From the sequence record DRR378314_1514: a stretch of DNA of 43,823 nucleotides; one strand, given 5' to 3'. Both the position numbers and the translations under genes were made by a program. The notes under the pieces are model-generated. The model saw only the letters and a program-made list of their open reading frames with translations. It was not told the origin of the DNA and did no database searches. This document shows, piece by piece, positions 37,922-43,823 of the stretch (position 1 is its first letter; every line of letters starts with the position of its first letter).

Positions 37922-38560
37922 CTAACGCTTGCGCGCGCGATCGACAACACCATCGGCCGTGATCGTGGCAATCCGATCCTCGGTGCGCCGGGTCATTTCC
38001 ACCCCGTCACCCGTCATATGCGCTTCGGCAAACTCGGTGAACTTGAAGATGCTGCCATCGGCCTCAACATGGGTTTCATCTTCTTCTGAGCGGCGTTTCA
38101 CCGACCCGTCATGGCGGATTTCAATGATCGTGTTGTCGGCCATTCGGACCGTCACGGAATGCGCGTCCACGGCCACACCCTGCCACCACATGTCTGCGTC
38201 GCGGCGCACAACAATGCGGTTTGGATGCAGTTTGATCTGCACGTCCTGTGCGGCCTCTGGATCGGCGACCTTCACAACAACAATCGCTTCCTGTGCGCTG
38301 GGGTCGCTATGGATCGACGCGCTCCCGTTTTTTGGCGGCCAGAGCTTGGGCTGTTTGCGCGGCTTGCCCTTCTGATCCGTGTGAAACCCGACAAACATCT
38401 GCGCGGATTTCCAAATGCGACGGGTCGCTTTCTCGAGCTTGTTCGATGGGGTTTCCATGGGTCTATCCAAATCCATTTTGGCGAAAATTTCGCCTTTGAA
38501 AATAAGCTGGGTGGCCGACCTCTGATAGCTATGCGCGACGGGGTGTTCGCGCAATGCCAC
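37922..38560 (-). CDS. Hypothetical beta-rich protein (start uncertain, possibly 38476)
   Basis: Long ORF with repeated short beta-hairpin-like DG units in the C-terminal half; follows the ParB-like gene. Confidence 0.6.
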   Translation of the reverse strand: MALREHPVAHSYQRSATQLIFKGEIFAKMDLDRPMETPSNKLEKATRRIWKSAQMFVGFHTDQKGKPRKQPKLWPPKNGSASIHSDPSAQEAIVVVKVADPEAAQDVQIKLHPNRIVVRRDADMWWQGVAVDAHSVTVRMADNTIIEIRHDGSVKRRSEEDETHVEADGSIFKFTEFAEAHMTGDGVEMTRRTEDRIATITADGVVDRARKR

Positions 38561-38603
38561 TTTGAGTTTTCATCATTGAGGCTAACACAGCCAGAGATTG
38601 ATA

Positions 38604-38626
38604 GGCAGGGCGCAAAGCGCCCTGCC
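38604..38626. terminator. Stem-loop downstream of the ParB-like gene
   Basis: GGCAGGGCGC-aaa-GCGCCCTGCC perfect 10-bp stem; weak U-tract. Confidence 0.45.
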
Positions 38627-38634
38627 CGTTGGGT

Positions 38635-40500
38635 TCAGAAGCAATCCGGCACCCAAGCATCGATCCGGGCTTTCTGCGCCTCGGTCACGCCCAGTGCATC
38701 CTGATGCTCTTTGTCATTGAACAGCTTGTGCAGCGCCTCGTTCTTCGCGCCTTTCTTGGATTTCGCGAAGGCTTTGAACATGTCGGTGTCGACATGCAGG
38801 TCCAGCAGGTCTTTGTAGAGATCATCCAGCTGCCAGCCTTTCAGCCGTTTGAAACAGTTCTCCGCCGACGGGGTCCAGATCGCGCGCATGTCGGCGCCAA
38901 TCTCAACCTCGATCTCCGCCATTAACTCCGGGCGTTGGGTCAGGAACCGCCGAGCCAGAAAAGCCGTGATCTCTCCATTCCGGACCTTCTTGCCCAGATC
39001 GCGAAACGCCTTGAACGCCTCCACGCTGCCTTGTGCGGCCATTTCCTGGAATTGGTCATAGGCTGCCTCTTCCGCCGCATCCCGCTCCCCACCAAGGCGT
39101 GGATCAAGACTGAACTGGTCGTCGATCTCAGGAGTGTTCCGCTCAGCGCCACCATACCCAAACCCAAACAGGTTGCAGGTCAAACCGGAGGCCGGGGTTG
39201 CGAAGAAGGCAAACAGGCTCAGCACATAGTCAGGCTTGTCCAGCAAGGCCGTTTGAACCGCCGCCAGCCGGATCGCCACCATATCGTCGATAAACTTCTG
39301 CGAATAGGCTGGTTTTGGTGCCTCCTTGATCTCTGGCTCTTTGACCGGGGCCAGAACACCGGCCTCAATGGCGGCCTGCACATGTTCCGCCGCGACATAG
39401 GCCGAGGATGTTTTGATCTCGCCAGTGTTGCCGACATAGACAAACACACCGGACAGCTTTCGCTGATCGTCGGAATAGAACGGCGCGGCATAGTCTTCGA
39501 GCGCGGCATGCTCCTTTTCGCCAGCCTCGTCCAGAGCCTCAGCCTCATAGAGTTCGGCAAGCTCGTCATAACGCTTAGACTGTTCTTCGGTGAAGTCCCG
39601 GCTCACCATGTCCAGGCGGTGCATGCCTTCGCTTCCAGAGAACCCATAGGGGATGTAGCTGTCTTCATGGGTGTCTACCCACTCCCAACCTTCCGCTTCG
39701 CGCAGCTTCGCTGCTTCTGCCGCCAGCTTTTTAGCAAACAGGTGATCAAGTAGCGCGCCTTCATTGAACAAAGTTTCATCGGCAAACAGATCAGCAGTGA
39801 CCGTGCCGCCCGCCTCAACATAAGCCTCCTGCCCGACAAACACGGCCTTGCGGTTGGTGCTGCTGACGGCCTCCGACGACAGGGCTTGTTTGACATCATG
39901 TTCGCTGAACCAGCGGCACTCCTTGGCCTGTTCCAGCACCACCAGAATTTTGTCTTCCTCGGTGCTGACAGTCATGGCCTTGGCCAGACCCATGCTGATC
40001 TCACCGGCCTTGAGCGCGTCCAATACGGCAGCGGGCAGACCGGCCAATGCGAGGCGACGGCGCACATGGGCTTCGGTCACGCCGAATGCGTTGCTGATCT
40101 TGGCAACAGACAAAGATTTCGCGGCCATTTTGCCATAGGCGCGGACCTCGTCCACCGGTTCCAGTTCCTCACGGGCGGTGTTTTCCGCATTGGCCCATTG
40201 TTCGGCCACAAACGGGTTGTCTGTGACTTTCACGGGGACCTGTGCCAGATCGGGGCGTTCAGTCACGGCGATGTTCAGAGCTCGCAAGCGGCGGCCACCG
40301 GCAACGATGGCGATTTTGCCATCCGCATCGCGCAGGCCGCTGAGGTTCTGGATCAGACCGCACATGACCAGACTGTCCGCCAAAAGGGCGATGCCGTCTT
40401 CGGCAACCTCCTGTCGTGGGTTCAGATCAGACAGGTACAGATCGGATAGCGCGACGGTTTCGATGGTCTCCGGTGCGGTGAATGTTTCGAGTTTGCTCAT
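38635..40500 (-). CDS. ParB/Spo0J-domain protein of the plasmid leading-region type
   Basis: NPR, GLIQNL, VAGGRRLRAL, ENTARE.L.PVDE, HTH FGVTEAHVRRRLALA and YVEAGG..TADLF motifs. Confidence 0.9.
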   Translation of the reverse strand: MSKLETFTAPETIETVALSDLYLSDLNPRQEVAEDGIALLADSLVMCGLIQNLSGLRDADGKIAIVAGGRRLRALNIAVTERPDLAQVPVKVTDNPFVAEQWANAENTAREELEPVDEVRAYGKMAAKSLSVAKISNAFGVTEAHVRRRLALAGLPAAVLDALKAGEISMGLAKAMTVSTEEDKILVVLEQAKECRWFSEHDVKQALSSEAVSSTNRKAVFVGQEAYVEAGGTVTADLFADETLFNEGALLDHLFAKKLAAEAAKLREAEGWEWVDTHEDSYIPYGFSGSEGMHRLDMVSRDFTEEQSKRYDELAELYEAEALDEAGEKEHAALEDYAAPFYSDDQRKLSGVFVYVGNTGEIKTSSAYVAAEHVQAAIEAGVLAPVKEPEIKEAPKPAYSQKFIDDMVAIRLAAVQTALLDKPDYVLSLFAFFATPASGLTCNLFGFGYGGAERNTPEIDDQFSLDPRLGGERDAAEEAAYDQFQEMAAQGSVEAFKAFRDLGKKVRNGEITAFLARRFLTQRPELMAEIEVEIGADMRAIWTPSAENCFKRLKGWQLDDLYKDLLDLHVDTDMFKAFAKSKKGAKNEALHKLFNDKEHQDALGVTEAQKARIDAWVPDCF

Positions 40501-40574
40501 GGGGCAAATCCTTGTTTGAGTGTTTCGCTTTGTGTTAAGGGTGCCCTACCCCTTCCGGGGTAGAGCGGGGCCGC

Positions 40575-40688
40575 TTAGGCGGCTGCGTGTTGTTTCAAGA
40601 AGCGGAGCGCAATGTTGGCTGACAGGCCTCCCTTCTTGAGCAATTCCACAGCTTCACGTGTTCGCTGTTCGATGATCTTTGCAGGCAT
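40575..40688 (-). CDS. 37-aa small protein MPAKIIEQRTREAVELLKKGGLSANIALRFLKQHAAA
   Basis: Strong AAGGAGGT RBS 6 nt before the ATG; lies between the DUF3768 and ParB-like genes; followed by a CTACCCC-ttcc-GGGGTAG hairpin. Confidence 0.55.
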   Translation of the reverse strand: MPAKIIEQRTREAVELLKKGGLSANIALRFLKQHAAA

Positions 40689-40753
40689 GATTTCACCTCC
40701 TTTCCTGCGCGGGTTGCGCATGCAGTCCCCGCCCGGTTGGGACAGGGCTGGTC

Positions 40754-41158
40754 TCAGTATTCGCTGGGGCACATGATGGTCAGGACGCGGCGCGTCACTG
40801 CGGGGTCAAACGGGCGGTCGGACCCGTATTTGTAATCCGCATCGTAAAGGTCGATCTTCCAGAACAGCTTCTGGCCGCTGATCGTCACCGTTCCGAAAGT
40901 GTGATCGCCATAAGGATCGTTGCCTTCGTCGAACTGGTCATCCGACGCCACTGCAGCCATAGCTGTGGTCTGGAATTCCACCCCTTCGCCGGACACGCCG
41001 GGCGTGACGAACACCTGACCCTGAATGCCTTTCGAGTGCATCGAAATCGCCGCAGTCGGATCGATCAACGCTGTCCGAAACAAGTCATTCTGGGCTGCAA
41101 TCTCCGCCGCCTGCAGAGTTGCGTCATTTTCGATGTCATTTGTCGTCTCAAGGTTCAA
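40754..41158 (-). CDS. DUF3768-domain protein
   Basis: IA.QND.FR, NDPYGDH.FG, FWKIDLYD and TRRVLTIM..SEY motifs; TTG start after AAGGAG. Confidence 0.85.
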   Translation of the reverse strand: MNLETTNDIENDATLQAAEIAAQNDLFRTALIDPTAAISMHSKGIQGQVFVTPGVSGEGVEFQTTAMAAVASDDQFDEGNDPYGDHTFGTVTISGQKLFWKIDLYDADYKYGSDRPFDPAVTRRVLTIMCPSEY

Positions 41159-41185
41159 AACCGTCTCTCCTTTTGCGGTGCGACC

Positions 41186-41485
41186 TTCGGGGCTGATCCC
41201 CTTTTGGTGCTGGTTTTGAGCCGAGCCCTGAAAGGGCGTCGTCTCTAAAACCTGCCACGTGGCGAACGCGGAGAGGGGCGAGACAGGACAAATCGACAAG
41301 AGTGGTGCGGCCCGCAGCGCAACGCGCGAGGACACGGTCTTGTCTATTTGTCTTGTCCGAGGGGGGAGGCCGCGCCTTCCCCCTGACGTCGGGCGGCCTT
41401 TGGCTTGTCCAAATCCCGCCTGACCCACAAAAGAAGCGAAAGGATCTTCGATCCTGCGGGAGCGCAAAAGGGATCGTCACCCGAA
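41186..41485. promoter_or_regulatory. Second large branched ssDNA hairpin region (Frpo/ssi-like)
   Basis: GACAGGACAAATCGACAAGA(41282-301)/TCTTGTCTATTTGTCTTGTC(41338-357) pair at 18/20; outer stem 41186-41206 with 41465-41485; side arms GCCCT-gaa-AGGGC and AGGCCGC/GCGGCCT. Confidence 0.65.
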
Positions 41486-41684
41486 TGGGCAGATCACAAC
41501 GGCATGGAGCAACCATGACCCAAAGCCCCTGCCCCGGCTCACAAGAGACGGTTCAGGGGCTACTGCGTCAGGGAGATCATGCTGGGGTGTTCTGGGTGGA
41601 AGCCGGCATGCCGGCTGAAACCTAGAGCGCGGTCACGAGACGACAGGCTCGGGATTTGCTACGGAAACAGATTGCAGCCCGAAG

Positions 41685-41936
41685 TCACTCACCGACCGTT
41701 ACGTAGCCTCGTCTGCGCTTTTGCTTTTCGAGGTTATGGAGCGCCGCAGCAGCCTGGGCTTCGTCTTCGTACGTCACCATCATGGCTTGCCCGTTTGTGC
41801 CAATACGTCCCCATGTACGAAGAACGGACACTTCCCCAAACAGCGTCGGCTGCAGCTCTATTCCGTAGTACCGTGCCATGTTGACGTCCGGGTCCACATG
41901 GATCAGGTGGACAGGTGTGGTGTCTGACAGCTCCAT
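41685..41936 (-). CDS. Stand-alone WGR-domain protein
   Basis: DP..NMARYY...QPTLFGE..V.R.WGRIGT.GQ...K.RRGY motif; GGAGG RBS. Confidence 0.9.
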   Translation of the reverse strand: MELSDTTPVHLIHVDPDVNMARYYGIELQPTLFGEVSVLRTWGRIGTNGQAMMVTYEDEAQAAAALHNLEKQKRRRGYVTVGE

Positions 41937-42148
41937 GCCTCCCAGTATTGCTTGGCACAATCCAGCTGTCCAATGACATTGCGATATCTATTCTCTGGGA
42001 GCGATTCATACCCGTGGTGTGAGGCGGCACGGGTTTCACCCGGCCTTATCAATCTGGTCGCACCATATGCGAGCTGAAGATCTTTGCAGTCCCTCCGTTC
42101 GCCGGATCAGGGTTGACGAGCCCGGCCCTTGTCGCGTCCGCTGTAGTT

Positions 42149-42385
42149 ATGGACATAGATGAGAACAAGGTGGATGAAGCAGTCCTGGCGCTGCTCTGGT
42201 TGACGCTGCATGACGAGCGCCGCGCGTGGAAAGGTTTTGACTGGGACGCGCTTGATCGCCTGCACCGCAACGGGTTGATCCTGGACCCGGTTGGGAAGGC
42301 AATATCGGTGGTGCTGACCGATGAAGGCCTTCGCCGCTCCGAAGAACTTTTTGCAGAGCTTTTTGGGCGGGAACCGAAGAAATAG
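42149..42385 (+). CDS. DUF6429-family small protein
   Basis: D..KVDEAVLALLWL...RAWKGFDWDALDRLH..G.I.DP..KA.SVVLTDEG motif. Confidence 0.8.
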   Translation: MDIDENKVDEAVLALLWLTLHDERRAWKGFDWDALDRLHRNGLILDPVGKAISVVLTDEGLRRSEELFAELFGREPKK

Positions 42386-42500
42386 CATTCGCCGCGACGA
42401 GACCATCAATGTAACGCAGTTCTGCACACGCTTGTGGTCTGGCTCGCGGTTGCAATCTGCGCTAGATCGCCCCTGTCCGGCGAACAGGGAGAAGGTGAAA

Positions 42501-43823
42501 ATGGCGACGGGGAACGATCTTGGTGGGCTCATCGGGTTTGTCACCGGTGACGAGATTTGGCACGAGCGGCTCGCGGACGTGTTGGACGAGCATTTTCTGC
42601 CAGCGCTCGAGGCATTCGATCTCGATTTCGAGGATTTGGGCGACCTGCTGGGCGATGACTGGCCAATGGTTCTGTGGGGCGGTGGCCTAGAAGACTTGCT
42701 GGGCAGGACATTCGGATCGGGCGCCGAAAACGCTGCAGATGCTTATCTGAAAGGGAGTGGAACCAAGGAGAGTGCGCAGACCCGCGCCTATATCAAAGGA
42801 TTGCGGGACGCGCCGGTCAGCCTTTATGAGGTGAGCGAAATAGACCCTGGCAGATCCATGGTATTGCGCGACGCGCTTTCGGACGCCGAGCCGGTCACCG
42901 TCCAGGAACACAGCGCAACGCAGATGCTGCAGAGGTGGGACCGCATTGCGGCTCGGGTTGTCGCGCAGGGAGGTCATAACGTGATCTCAGGGGCTCTGCT
43001 TCCCTTCGAGCCAGAAACCGTCGCGTTTTTTGAAGAGGGGCTCCGCTCCGTGTTGAAATTGAACCCCGACGATGAGCTGAGACTGACACAGCATCAGCTA
43101 CACCGCTCTGCACCCCTCTTCACCAATGCCTGGCTCTTCGCACATTTGCCGAACTTGCTGGACCCGGAACCACCACAAATCAGCAACAGCGATGGCGACG
43201 ACCTTCTCTTTCACGAGATGCGCTTCCCGCTCGCCAGTAAGGTGACGCAAAGCCAGGTCTCGCAAAGACTGTCCCAGTCCGCAGAACTCGTGGTCTCAGG
43301 TCGAAATGACTGGACCTGGCTTGCCGTCGACAACCCGTCCGGCAACAAGCACGGCACCGGCCTCGTGTTGGACAAGTCGATGTCAGGGACCTCTGTGCTT
43401 GGGTCCCTGAACCTGAAAGGCAAAACACTCACGCTTTCTGTAAACTCTGCAGCGCGCGCCGAACGCGGCGAAGCCCTGGTCCGGGACCTCCTGGAGGATC
43501 TGGTGAAGTCACCGCTGACATCAATCCAGACCGTCGAGCAAATGATGGCGGATGACAGCCTGGAGGGCGGAGTGGCAGAAGAAGAGGACATCCCCCCTGC
43601 CCTTGCCCGTCAGATTGCCCACGAACATCTCGAACAACACTACCGCGACACGCTTGACCAGCCGATCCCGACCCTGGATGGCAAGACACCACGCCAGGCC
43701 GTTCGCAGCACCGCAGGCAAGAAAAAGGTGATTGACTGGCTGAAGACAATTGAAAACCGCAGCGCCCGTCAGACTGGCTCCCCTGTTGCAGACTATGATT
43801 TCAGCTGGATGTGGGACGAGCTG
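42501..43823 (+). CDS. Hypothetical protein (>441 aa, runs off the right edge) with C-terminal DUF2384/MbcA-like motif
   Basis: Open frame MATGNDLGGLIGF...SLYEV...NSDGDDL...VNS.ARA...LDQPIPTLDGKTPRQAV...FSWMWDEL; GGGAG RBS. Absent from the ORF track because it has no stop. Confidence 0.8.
   Translation, partial: MATGNDLGGLIGFVTGDEIWHERLADVLDEHFLPALEAFDLDFEDLGDLLGDDWPMVLWGGGLEDLLGRTFGSGAENAADAYLKGSGTKESAQTRAYIKGLRDAPVSLYEVSEIDPGRSMVLRDALSDAEPVTVQEHSATQMLQRWDRIAARVVAQGGHNVISGALLPFEPETVAFFEEGLRSVLKLNPDDELRLTQHQLHRSAPLFTNAWLFAHLPNLLDPEPPQISNSDGDDLLFHEMRFPLASKVTQSQVSQRLSQSAELVVSGRNDWTWLAVDNPSGNKHGTGLVLDKSMSGTSVLGSLNLKGKTLTLSVNSAARAERGEALVRDLLEDLVKSPLTSIQTVEQMMADDSLEGGVAEEEDIPPALARQIAHEHLEQHYRDTLDQPIPTLDGKTPRQAVRSTAGKKKVIDWLKTIENRSARQTGSPVADYDFSWMWDEL

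Noticed and set aside
34660-40500. Canonical parAB partition cassette from the ParA-like and ParB-like genes
   Set aside because: The genes are 3 kb apart on opposite strands; the ParB-like protein is the long leading-region type and the ATPase has its own RHH partners.

Overview
This window is from an alphaproteobacterial (Roseobacter-like) conjugative plasmid or ICE; no replicase or integrase is visible. Left to right: (1) the 3' end of an IS110/IS1111-type transposase with its structured non-coding right end; (2) a sulfoacetate catabolism cluster (sauT, sauS, a tripartite tricarboxylate transporter, a LacI regulator); (3) an accessory stretch with three XerC/D dif-like sites, an RcgA-like HTH-membrane protein plus alpha/beta hydrolase, a TrbM/KikA-like exported protein and a thermonuclease; (4) DUF1173-virB1-B2-B3-B4-lipoprotein-B5-X-B6-B8-B9-B10-virD4; (5) a transposase-free 3.6 kb cassette (RibD-like reductase, TetR, frameshifted UvrA-like ABC ATPase) with imperfect terminal inverted repeats and an ATC duplication in the end of virD4; (6) a Ti-plasmid-like divergent virD1-virD2(-virB11) / virC1 locus with a MOBP oriT between the operons and an apparently split, two-gene VirC2-like RHH; (7) a leading region whose genes face oriT and sit behind 200-300 nt ssDNA hairpins. 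All family calls come from motif recognition by eye, not database searches.
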